Virus record (IMG/VR): IMGVR_UViG_3300025098_000012
Coordinates: 1-64,000 of that record
Reading direction: 5' to 3' (one strand)
Length of the DNA stretch: 64,000 bases
Position numbers and translations under genes: made by a program. The notes under the pieces are model-generated. The model had not been told where the DNA came from, did no database searches, and worked only from the letters and a program-made list of their open reading frames with translations. Positions within the stretch are counted from its first letter, which is position 1. Each line of letters starts with the position of its first letter. Of the stretch, positions 45,450 to 55,100 are shown piece by piece.

Positions 45450-46150
45450 AGTTTAACTCGCTTGTGTGAACCCATATTGGACACGCTTTTCTTAGTTGAT
45501 CGAGATGGTGAACGACTTGAAGAAGTCTTTTCATTGAGGTTTATACGATCCCAAGGATGAATAGTGTCCTCTAAAAGACGACTCCACGCAATATGCCCTT
45601 CTTCAAGAGGCTTGTCTGGATCAATGATCAACCAAGTAGGTTTCTTGAGGTGTTCTCGGATCTCGATAGTCTCGGTCACAACCTCAGACATAGCCGCGTT
45701 TCGTGCGACTTTCGTACCAAGCCGAATGACCATCAGATAAGGAGCTTCAGCAAGATCATCTAAAGAATATACCTTCAAATCTCGCTGAAAATCGGGATCG
45801 GCAATGTCTTTGCCTTGAATCATCATAGACCCAAGCCAAGCTGACATCAGCGTGTGATCTCCAATGACCTTAACGAACAGGTTTGGGTTTCTCACATTGC
45901 CTAGTGCTGATCTAAGATGTAGCCTTAGTTGATCTGTCGTAGCTGTGATGACAAGGTTCTTAGAAATCTTACCGTTAAGCATAGAACGCTTGCGTATCGG
46001 GGCAACGCTTAGATGCGTCCATGCTCTCTCAGCTTGCTCATCAATCGCTTTATCAATAACGCAATCGCATTGGACGGCTTGTGGCATACCCATGTGTCCG
46101 TTATCGGTTTGGGTATAACCTAAGCCACCACATTTTTTACATTCACTCAT
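45446..46150 (-). CDS. Zn-ribbon + degenerate AAA+ protein (DnaC/IstB-like helicase loader)
   Basis: CKKCGGLGY...QCDC; Walker-B-like position reads YLMVIRLG; directly upstream of dnaB with ATGA overlap. Confidence 0.65.
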   Translation of the reverse strand: MSECKKCGGLGYTQTDNGHMGMPQAVQCDCVIDKAIDEQAERAWTHLSVAPIRKRSMLNGKISKNLVITATTDQLRLHLRSALGNVRNPNLFVKVIGDHTLMSAWLGSMMIQGKDIADPDFQRDLKVYSLDDLAEAPYLMVIRLGTKVARNAAMSEVVTETIEIREHLKKPTWLIIDPDKPLEEGHIAWSRLLEDTIHPWDRINLNEKTSSSRSPSRSTKKSVSNMGSHKRVKL

Positions 46151-46249
46151 AGTCTTGCTGACCTCCTTTGGTTATTCCATTATATGAATGAGGGGTCAAC
46201 AAGATACAGATTAGTATAAACAGACCAAGAAAAACCACAGGAGTAAATT

Positions 46250-47125
46250 ATGATCAAGTCGCCTCTTAATTACATTGGAGGGAAATCAAAGCTGTTAACT
46301 CAAATCGTACCCAGATTCCCTACTCAAGTTGATACCTTTGTAGACCTCTTCGCAGGAGGGTGTACTGTAGGCTTAAATGTTCGCTCAAATAAAACTATCT
46401 TCAATGATAATCTAACTTACTTGATAGACCTATATCGGAAGCTACAAGATTTAAGTGCCGAAGAGGTTTTTGAACACATAAATGGAAGGATTGACACTTT
46501 AGGTCTTTCTAAAACGAATGAGACTGGATACATCGCCTTAAGGTCTGAGTACAATGCAAACAAAAATCCGTTAGACTTGTTTGTTCTAGTGGCATACTCA
46601 TTCAACCATCAAATTAGGTTCAACAATAGCCATCAGTTCAACTTGCCTTTTGGTAAAGACAGAAGCCACTTCAATAAAACAATGAAGAGAAACCTTCGCT
46701 CGTTCTTAACGAGAATTAAAGAGATGGACTGCACATTTTCAAATGTCTCTTTTGAGGACTTTGATTTCTCGGATCTGACTAAGGAGGATCTTGTTTACTG
46801 CGATCCTCCTTACTTGATCTCTACTGGAAGTTATAATGATGGAAAGCGTGGCTTTAAAGGATGGGGGAATACAGAAGAGGAATGTCTACTAGACTTGCTC
46901 GACAGTTTAAATGAGAGAGAGGTACGCTTTGCTTTATCTAATGTCGTGGAACATAAGGGAGAAGAAAACAATCTCCTCAAAGATTGGGTTGGGGATAGAG
47001 GGTACAACCTCTACCCTCTTAACTTTGACTACAAAAACAGCTCATATCAAGGTTCTTCAGAAGGTGAGACTAAGGAAGTGCTTATAACTAACTACCCAAC
47101 GAACTATTCTCTTTTGTTTTTTTGA
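46250..47125 (+). CDS. dam: Dam-like (D12 class) N6-adenine DNA methyltransferase
   Basis: SPLNYIGGKSKL, FVDLFAGG, SFNHQIRFN...FNLPFG, YCDPPY, EVLITNY. Confidence 0.92.
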   Translation: MIKSPLNYIGGKSKLLTQIVPRFPTQVDTFVDLFAGGCTVGLNVRSNKTIFNDNLTYLIDLYRKLQDLSAEEVFEHINGRIDTLGLSKTNETGYIALRSEYNANKNPLDLFVLVAYSFNHQIRFNNSHQFNLPFGKDRSHFNKTMKRNLRSFLTRIKEMDCTFSNVSFEDFDFSDLTKEDLVYCDPPYLISTGSYNDGKRGFKGWGNTEEECLLDLLDSLNEREVRFALSNVVEHKGEENNLLKDWVGDRGYNLYPLNFDYKNSSYQGSSEGETKEVLITNYPTNYSLLFF

Positions 47126-47128
47126 TGC

Positions 47129-48784
47129 TTACTTAACTTTTATAATGTCTCGTGCGTCATCGAGCAGACCATCAAACAGATCAGCGATTTCAGACTGACC
47201 CACCTCAAGAACAGCATCATCTTCTCCGTCCTCTTTAAGACGCTTACCTAAGACAGCTTCAATGAGGTTCATCTTAGCCTTTAGGGTTTTCATTACCCTC
47301 TCGTCAATCGTCTTAGGAGCACAGATATGGTAGCTATAGACTTTATCGTGAATAGACCCAATACGGATCATGCGACCAATAATCTGTAAGTAATCACCTG
47401 CTGACCAAGGAGTGTCGAAAAAGATAACAGCCTTAGCAAGTTGGAGGTTTACACCTTCGGCAGCCGCCATTGTGATGAGGCAAACCTTAGTGTCGCTCTC
47501 AGCATCTTGGAAAGCCTTCTGACTCTCAAGACGCTGTTCGCCCGACTCAGCTCCTGTGATACGACAAGTCTTGACCTTCTTGCTCTCGATTTCTGCTTCG
47601 AGGATGTCTACCATACCCCTAAAGCGAGAGAAGATGATGACCTTTTCACCCTCAAGCTCATTCTCTAAAAGGTCAAGCAAGGTGTCGAGCTTACCAGAGT
47701 CTCCATCACAGTCAATCAATGCAGGGTGGTTTACGATTTGTTGACAAACGGTGACTGCTGTCAGTTTCGTTACTTCACGCTCCATGACCTCGCCTGTTTC
47801 GGGGTCGAGATACTCAAGTAAACCTTCAAGAGCTTCTGCGTATTTGTTCTTTTGAGGCTTAGATAGCTCGCAGTTTACAACCTTTGTTGTAAGAGGGGGC
47901 AACTCCTGTGCAACCTCATGCTTAGGGCGACCTAAGAAATAAGGGTCGATGTGTTCCCTAAACGCTTCGATGTCTCGCTTACGGTGTCCGACTACGATTT
48001 GAATTCGCCTACGAGAACCAGGGATGGGTTGATCTCTAGTGATGCAATACTCACGCATAAAGTGAGTCTTTGTAGAAAACAGATGGGGAACAGTCACCTT
48101 ATAGATCGCCCATGCTTCCATAAGTCGGTTCTTAATGATGGTCGCTGATAAAGACCACACACGCTCTGCTGAACCTGCGAGATGTTTACAGACTTGGTGG
48201 ACTTGAGAGCGATCATTCTTGAAGGCTGTCGCTTCATCAAAGATCATCACATGACCTGTGATGTCTTGGAGGTGTTGGAAATCTTGGACTGCTGTCCGAT
48301 AACCCATAATGAGAGCTTTAGGGCCTTCATAAGCCTTGAACTCATTGTGGATTTTCTCACGCTTCTTCTTTGTGCCTAGACACTTAAAGACCTTAACCCC
48401 TGTGGTGAACTTATCGAACTCGGACTCCCACTGACCTACAGCCGACTTGGTAGTACAGATAAGAGCAGGTATATCGGGTCGTTTATCCCATAAGTAAGAG
48501 AGCGTAGCGATGGTTTGTAAAGTCTTACCTAGACCTGTATCATCACCAAGTACAAAGCGAGGCATAGCGAGTAAGTGCAATACACCTTGTATCTGATACT
48601 GTCTTAGCTGAAGCTCTGCCCCATTAGAGAGATGAGTGTTGAGTATCTTACAGGCAGGTGGAGTCAGATCGTCTTTGACTCTGATCTCTCTGAGCTTTTC
48701 AATCGTAGCGAGTAGTTTCTTGTTGTCCATATGAGTACACCCCTCCTTTGGGTGTGGAATGTACTTATATGATCTATCCTTCAA
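47129..48784 (-). CDS. SNF2-family helicase/translocase
   Basis: GDDTGLGKT, FDEAT, SAT, KVIIFS, AEGVNLQ, QIIGRMIRIG. Confidence 0.93.
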   Translation of the reverse strand: MKDRSYKYIPHPKEGCTHMDNKKLLATIEKLREIRVKDDLTPPACKILNTHLSNGAELQLRQYQIQGVLHLLAMPRFVLGDDTGLGKTLQTIATLSYLWDKRPDIPALICTTKSAVGQWESEFDKFTTGVKVFKCLGTKKKREKIHNEFKAYEGPKALIMGYRTAVQDFQHLQDITGHVMIFDEATAFKNDRSQVHQVCKHLAGSAERVWSLSATIIKNRLMEAWAIYKVTVPHLFSTKTHFMREYCITRDQPIPGSRRRIQIVVGHRKRDIEAFREHIDPYFLGRPKHEVAQELPPLTTKVVNCELSKPQKNKYAEALEGLLEYLDPETGEVMEREVTKLTAVTVCQQIVNHPALIDCDGDSGKLDTLLDLLENELEGEKVIIFSRFRGMVDILEAEIESKKVKTCRITGAESGEQRLESQKAFQDAESDTKVCLITMAAAEGVNLQLAKAVIFFDTPWSAGDYLQIIGRMIRIGSIHDKVYSYHICAPKTIDERVMKTLKAKMNLIEAVLGKRLKEDGEDDAVLEVGQSEIADLFDGLLDDARDIIKVK

Positions 48785-49526
48785 ATAAGTACCTAAGCAG
48801 TCTGGTGTATTCTACATTGTATTTGACATTATGAAGCGTTAAAAACTCAACCCGAATGGTACGGATCGGTATATCTCCCGATGCGACCCATACCTTAGAC
48901 CACACTTTACTCGACCAATAAATGTGGCAGTATTTACAGATCTTATAGAGGGTTTTGTAAGCTACCTTTTCTTCTTGGTAAGTGATGTCCTTTACCTTCT
49001 TCTCGTGGTGCATTAGGCTAGAAATCTTACCTAAGATGCGAGCTTCACTAGACATTCTAAACATATATGTAGGAAACTTACCATAGGTGAACATATACCA
49101 TACGAGTTGTTCTTCACGCTCTGTTGTTGTGTTGACCTTAATAATCTTAGAGATATGGTCAAGACCTTTGCTCACAAGCTGATCCAACTTACCACTGATC
49201 CTCATTGTCCTTCTTCTGATCTCTTTCTGTTCTTGCTTCGTCCAAGTCGCTTTTTTCTTCTTCCTACTAGGGAAGTATTCATCTGTCTCTTTTTTACAGT
49301 GTGGTGATCCTGGCTTCTTGTACTTACAATAAATAGACCAAGCGACTGCCCATGCCTTGCCTTCGTCTTTTTCTTTTTGCTTCTCCATGATCTCTTCTAC
49401 TTTGTCATGGACATAAGCAGGTACATTCTTGTTTCTCTCTTTTTTGTCTGCCGATCTCTCGGCATTACGCATGGGAGAGAAAGACGAATAACCCCCATAA
49501 GATTTCTCATTTGATGTAAATGACAT
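48774..49526 (-). CDS. Basic hypothetical protein (AWAVAWS motif), possibly virion-associated
   Basis: Probable ATG 49526 after GAGG (track start 49583); preceded by a late-type motif. Confidence 0.65.
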   Translation of the reverse strand: MSFTSNEKSYGGYSSFSPMRNAERSADKKERNKNVPAYVHDKVEEIMEKQKEKDEGKAWAVAWSIYCKYKKPGSPHCKKETDEYFPSRKKKKATWTKQEQKEIRRRTMRISGKLDQLVSKGLDHISKIIKVNTTTEREEQLVWYMFTYGKFPTYMFRMSSEARILGKISSLMHHEKKVKDITYQEEKVAYKTLYKICKYCHIYWSSKVWSKVWVASGDIPIRTIRVEFLTLHNVKYNVEYTRLLRYLFEG

Positions 49527-49546
49527 AGTACCTCGCATAGTCTTTA

Positions 49547-49581
49547 ATAGTTTGTTTATAGTCCGACTATAAATGAATAAC
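49547..49581. promoter_or_regulatory. Back-to-back late-type motifs around a short palindrome
   Basis: ATAGTTTGTTTAT (+, 49547-49559) and GTTATTCATTTAT (-, 49569-49581) flank TTATAGTC-C-GACTATAA between divergent genes. Confidence 0.55.
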
Positions 49582-49619
49582 AAAACTTTCCCTTAGCTCA
49601 TGTTATCTAGGAGGACATT

Positions 49620-50468
49620 ATGTCTACAAACAAAGATATGAACCCACAGGCAGGTATTGCAGGTACATCTGCCCTGTATAAGTTCAACTCATCACCTAAC
49701 ACTCGTGCTGTTGTGTCGCAAAAATGTCGTATTCTTACACCTGCTTATGGAAGTACCGATGGTCTTCTATATCAAATCGGTGTAGTTGCTTCATTCTCAA
49801 TCTCAGCTTCTTCAAGATCGGCAGAGCCATATCGTGGTGTCGGTTTCGGTGATCAGATCGCTGAACTCGTACCTGGTGTTTCTGACCCACACAGTGCTTC
49901 ATTCACTCGTACACTCCTTTACCTCTCAAACGCTCACCAAGCATTCGGTTATGCAGGTGGTGTTGATGGACCAGTTCGTACTTTGCAACAGCATAGATGG
50001 CCTTTTGACATTGAGCAACAGCTTGTGTTCTCAACTCTTGCAGACACCGAAGCACCTACAACCAGTCCAGATGGTCTTGTAAATGTCGATTTCACAGCAC
50101 AAAACGCTAGTCAAGGTATCGGACCTAATGGTGCATTAGAAGAAGGTGCTGTACCTAATGTTGATGGAGAACCAGGAACAGTAGGTTCTCAGAAGCACAA
50201 AGCTCTTATCACTTATTGTGAGGGCTGTTGGATCACCTCGATGGATCATGGTGAGATGTCAGCCGATGGTGGCATCATTCAGCAATCTATCGAAGCTCAG
50301 ATTACTGATGTGCATGACCTATACTCTACCTACGGTGAGTTCATGGCTACAGGTAATGATCCGACACTCGGTCAGAATAGTTCACTTCTTTACAATGAGA
50401 GAGCTGTTAGTGCTGATCGTAGTGCAGGAGATGATGCCGCTAGTGGTGGTTCAGAGCTTGGAGATTAA
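49620..50468 (+). CDS. Tail tube protein (contractile tail, T4 gp19-like)
   Basis: IGVVASFSIS..R.AEPYRGVGFGDQIAELVPG, HRWPFDIEQ, TYCEGCWITS; first gene before chaperones and tape measure; SD AGGAGG. Confidence 0.8.
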   Translation: MSTNKDMNPQAGIAGTSALYKFNSSPNTRAVVSQKCRILTPAYGSTDGLLYQIGVVASFSISASSRSAEPYRGVGFGDQIAELVPGVSDPHSASFTRTLLYLSNAHQAFGYAGGVDGPVRTLQQHRWPFDIEQQLVFSTLADTEAPTTSPDGLVNVDFTAQNASQGIGPNGALEEGAVPNVDGEPGTVGSQKHKALITYCEGCWITSMDHGEMSADGGIIQQSIEAQITDVHDLYSTYGEFMATGNDPTLGQNSSLLYNERAVSADRSAGDDAASGGSELGD

Positions 50469-50492
50469 TCTTTAGCCTAAGCATGGTACTAT

Positions 50493-50510
50493 GAGGGTAG
50501 CCGTACCCTC
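50493..50510 (+). terminator. Stem-loop after the tail tube gene (attenuator/stabiliser; no U tract)
   Basis: GAGGGTA-GCCG-TACCCTC. Confidence 0.5.
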
Positions 50511-50538
50511 TACAAATAAACGGACAGGATGAAATAAA

Positions 50539-51078
50539 ATGACGATCAACTTATCACAGCTCAAAGAGCTGATGTCTCCTCTTACTCAGCTTTGTCAAAG
50601 GGAAAGAGAAGTAGACCTTCAAGGCATTAAGGTTGTCATCAAGCACCTCACACCCAAAGAGGAGCTTGATGTACAAAAGATGTTACCCGAACTTGAAGGG
50701 GCTACTGCTGTAGAGTTTGCCGATGTGTTTCGTAGAGAGACACTTGCTCGGTCTATCGTTCAAGTAGGGGATCTCGATTTACGAGACACAAAAGAAATCG
50801 AGACAGGTGAAACCTTACCGAACGGTAAAGCAGTTAAAGTCTCCAAAGAAGAAGCAGTCGTTCAAGTGATGGACAACTGGTCTAAATATGTACTCGCTAA
50901 GTTATTCGAGCAGTACGGACATTTATCTGAGGAGATCGAGAAGGGTTTAGATGAGAGCTTAAAGATCAACATTGAGGACACAGAGGTAGAAAAAGAACAG
51001 TTGAAAGCTCGTATTGAAAACCTTGAAGTTTCTCAAAAGTTAGAAAATCTTGAAAGCAATGAAAAAGAAGTACCATGA
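50539..51078 (+). CDS. Tail assembly chaperone
   Basis: Between tube and tape measure; IKHLTPKEELD, LARSIVQV, LFEQY pattern. Confidence 0.7.
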   Translation: MTINLSQLKELMSPLTQLCQREREVDLQGIKVVIKHLTPKEELDVQKMLPELEGATAVEFADVFRRETLARSIVQVGDLDLRDTKEIETGETLPNGKAVKVSKEEAVVQVMDNWSKYVLAKLFEQYGHLSEEIEKGLDESLKINIEDTEVEKEQLKARIENLEVSQKLENLESNEKEVP

Positions 51079-52129
51079 AGCTATACACGACTACATTAAG
51101 ACTGGTGGTCAAGGCTTAGTAGTCTCTGTTAAAAAGGGGTACACTCTTCGGTTTAGGCTACCAATGCTTGAAGATGTACAGCGTAGTATTGACTATGCTG
51201 ACTACGATGTCGAAAAAAGCTCTTTCGTATTAGCTAGGACTTTACAGTCTATTGGTGGGTTTGATGCACCTCAAGATGTTTCTTTTGAGGTGTTAAAACA
51301 TTTCATGTCCTGCCCTCGTTTCACAAATAGGGTGATACGGTATTACTGGAGCTGTGTGAAAGAGTCTCACTCTTTTGCGAGCTTCTTTGAAGCGTTTTGC
51401 TACACAAATCAGTCTCGTGTTTTGTGGGATGAGTGGAAGCAAGCATCTCGGTTCGGAATGGCTTTTACTGCACAGAACTTTCCCCTCACCGACTTACAAA
51501 AGAGTTGGATTGCTTATAATGAAGCTGAGGACAAGAAGATCGAAATAGAGGACGAGTGGGGTAGGGCGTTCTTCATCGCTTCTTCAATGAACCCTAAAGG
51601 TGTTCAAAAAGCACAGAGAGATTGGGAAGGGCGAAAGAAAAAAGAAAATGAGTATCGAGCAAGGTTAATCGAAGAGGCGAACAAGGGTGATTTGGATGAG
51701 AAGAAGGCTGAGGATCTCAAAGCAGAGAAATCTGTGGAGGAGCTACAGGGCGAGTACTGGGATTGGGTTGATGGCAAAGAGGATGATCACGATAGGGCAG
51801 TTAAAGAATATAAAGCCCAAGTGATGAAACATATAGAAGAGAGAAAAGGTTTTTTGAGTCGTCAAGCACAAGAAGCTCGTGAAATGGCGATGCAAGTGCA
51901 GGAGATGAATAGTTTATCTATGAGTTCACCTATTAGAGCATACACTGATGAAGAGGTATCTAAGATGACTCAAGGAAGAGAACGAAGCACGATTAACTTT
52001 GACGAGGGTCAAGAATACTCGGATCACCTCTCTAAGAGATACTTTAAATCACAGCAAGTGCCAGGTGGCAAGATGCCTTCTTTACAGGAGCAGATTGCGA
52101 CTAGACCTTTACCGAAGTTAGAGAGTTAA
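51050..52129 (+). CDS. Second pre-tape-measure chaperone-like protein
   Basis: Overlaps the chaperone gene; coiled-coil C-half; probable ATG 51059. Confidence 0.6.
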   Translation: MKAMKKKYHEAIHDYIKTGGQGLVVSVKKGYTLRFRLPMLEDVQRSIDYADYDVEKSSFVLARTLQSIGGFDAPQDVSFEVLKHFMSCPRFTNRVIRYYWSCVKESHSFASFFEAFCYTNQSRVLWDEWKQASRFGMAFTAQNFPLTDLQKSWIAYNEAEDKKIEIEDEWGRAFFIASSMNPKGVQKAQRDWEGRKKKENEYRARLIEEANKGDLDEKKAEDLKAEKSVEELQGEYWDWVDGKEDDHDRAVKEYKAQVMKHIEERKGFLSRQAQEAREMAMQVQEMNSLSMSSPIRAYTDEEVSKMTQGRERSTINFDEGQEYSDHLSKRYFKSQQVPGGKMPSLQEQIATRPLPKLES

Positions 52130-52133
52130 GATC

Positions 52134-55100
52134 ATGGCTAATCCAACAGAGTTAACAAGCATATTTGAGACATTAGTTAAAGAAATCAATGAGGCTGGAC
52201 AGTCCGATTTATTAAAAGGTTCGGTAGGGTCTATTAAAGACTTACAGGCTGTCCTTAAAGAGCAAGACAAACTCATAGATAAGACTCTTAGGGCAGGTGA
52301 TCAAAAAGCGGCGATGCGTATCATCAAGTCAGCCAAACAAGCTCAAGAGGCACAAGTAGAGGCGACTAATAACCTTAGAGATGCAAAAGAAAAACTATTA
52401 AAGTTAGAGCAAGAAGGCAACACGAAAGCGAGAGATGCACAGCTCAAGGTCATTGGGAAGATCAACCAAGAAATCAACAAGTTGGCTAGAGAAGCCAAAC
52501 TCATGCAGAAGAACGCCGCTGAGTTTGGTAAGGGTGCAGAGTACAGCCTCTTGCAATACTCAAGGGTCTTGGAGAACCGAGAAGAGCGTATCAAAGAGCT
52601 TGGTAAAACAGGTGCTTTGATTGAGGAGAAGTTCTCGAACAGATTTGAAGGAGCAGTTAATGCGTTCACATCGGGAGTTGGGGATCTTAATAGTTTTGGG
52701 GATACTTTTACAGGTGGGCTTAAAACATTAGGGAGTTATTTACAGGAGAGAAAAGGTAAATTGGAGGAAAAGGGTTCCGCAGGTAAGGGTGGTTTGGGCA
52801 TAGCTAGAATGCTCGGTGGTCTGTCTAAGGTAATGAGTACACTTGCTGTTGTAGGTGGCTCTATAATGATGATGGTAAAGTTATTTCAGTTCGTAGAGGG
52901 AACTGTCCTCGAAGCAAATAAAGCACTCTTAGAGGGTGGTGTAGCGATCAATGATATTAACTTAGGGACAGGAGACACTCAGAAAAATCTTGCAAAAATA
53001 AGAGACACCTTTAGAGATCCAGATTTTGCCAACGCTATGGGTATACCTCTTGAAGACACTATGGCTCTAGTAGCAGGGTTCAATAGTTTGAATATGGGCA
53101 TTAAACAGTTTGGGGGTGGGGAAGAAAGCATGGTGAAAATGAAAGAAGCCATGAAGGACGCTAAGGGTATGGCTTATGGTCTTGGTATCTCGATGGACGA
53201 AGCCCAACAATATATGGCTAAGTTTTCACATGATTTAGGGGTGTCTGCTAAAGACGGTTCTATTATAGGCAAAATGGCAGGAGACTTTGCCAACATTAGA
53301 GATATGGCTTTACAATCAAGCTACTCTACAGGGAACTTCTTCAAAAAAGTTGAGGAACTTTCTGATAGCTTAGAGAACATGAACTATCGCTCCAAAGAAG
53401 CTGGTACTTTATTCCTTAGATTCGCTTCTGTTCTTGGTAAGAGTGGGCTAGATAAAGCTCTTCAATCTCTGTTCTCTGGGTTCAGAAGTGAAGGATACCT
53501 TGAGCAAATGAAGCGTAATATGCTGTCTAAGTCAAAGGAAGTCAAAAAGGCTTTAAAGGTAGAAGCGATTAAGTTTGGGAAATCCTTTAAAGAGTCTTTT
53601 GGTGGGGAAGACGGAGAAGGGGGGATGAATGCAAAACTGATGGCGGCGACTAAATCTTCTTCTCAAGAACAGTTGATCCAAAATTTAGCAAAAATGGACG
53701 AGAAGGGAAGACAGGACTTATTTACGAGGATGAAAAAGGAGGGTGCTGATGCAGGTATTAATACTGATGAGTTCACCGACCAACTATATAAGTTCATAAG
53801 GCTTGCTAGAGGAACAAAGGACAAAGCAACAGGGGCAGAGGTGCAAGGTGCTCAAGAAGAGATGGGGGCATCGGGTAACTTAAAGACTAAGTTTGCTCTG
53901 ATCGAGGCGAGGGTTGGAGACAAGAATATAAATGACGCAGGCGTGATTACAAAAGAAATGTTAACTAAGTTTGATGTGACTAAAGAGCAAATAGAATTGT
54001 TCGGTCAGCTCCAAACAACAATGAAGGGTGATATGAGGGAAGCCCAAAGAATCGCAAAGGACGCTAAAAAGGAGAACAGAGAACTCAATAAAGAAGAAAA
54101 AGACTTCTTAGCGAAACAAGGGTTGGAAGCAAAAGACGGTAAAATTATTTCCTTAGAAACTAAGACGGCTATTGAGAACTTCTCTGATTACTTGCAAACA
54201 CAAGACTCGGCTAAGTTTGAACCCCCCGATACAGAAGAAGCGGCTAAAACCCAAGAGCAGTATTTATCTGAGGGAGTGAATGCGACTACCTCTGTATTCA
54301 ATGTCTTGAATAACACGATTGCAGGGATCTTGAATGACATTTCGGGTGGGATATATAGTATGGTGACCTTCTTCACAAGTAAGGGCGAAGATAAAACTGA
54401 AAAAAAGAACAAGAAAGAAGCTGTGAGGATTGTAGGCGAAAGGCTGAAAGCTCTTTCAGGACAAAGAAAAGAACAGGACGCTTCTATAAAAGCTGAAAAA
54501 GAAAGACTCCACGATTTGTCTTTTAAAACAAAGGGGATGAAAGCTAAGGAGAAGGAAAAATATGAGAAGGACAAAAAAGCACTAGCTGAGAAAGAAAAAG
54601 ATCTGGTGGAGTTGAAGGCAAGAGAGAGTAGATCAAGAGAACAGTTAAGAACATTACAAACTACAACTTACGACAAGGGTTTAGGTAAAAGTTATACTAC
54701 AGAAGAGATGCTAGATAAGAGTGGTAAGGCATCATTAGAGACAAGGAAAAGGACAGGCACAGAAACGGGAGCATTAGGAGATCTTCAAGAAAAGCAGAAA
54801 CTCTTTTATGCCCCTATTGCAGATATAATAGGTGATACAACCACAAAGGCTCTTCTTGATTACCTAGCAAAAACCAACGACATCCATGTAGACTCAAAGA
54901 TTGTTGAGTTTCTGGCAAAAAACGACCTTTCAGTTAAGCGGACTCAGACTGAGACGGGGGGTAGATTTTCTGGTGAGGGTAGAGTTGAACAAAGGCTATT
55001 AAAAAATAATAATGCTGTAGCTAAATTGTCAAGAGCGTATAACAGAGAGAGTGGGAGGGAAACAGCAAGAATATACGATACACAGGAGGGTAGACTTACA

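Noticed and set aside
51040-51078. Programmed -1 frameshift between tail chaperones (lambda G/GT type)
   Set aside because: The second ORF is in the +1 frame relative to the first and I see no clear XXXYYYZ heptamer; it has its own ATG at 51059.
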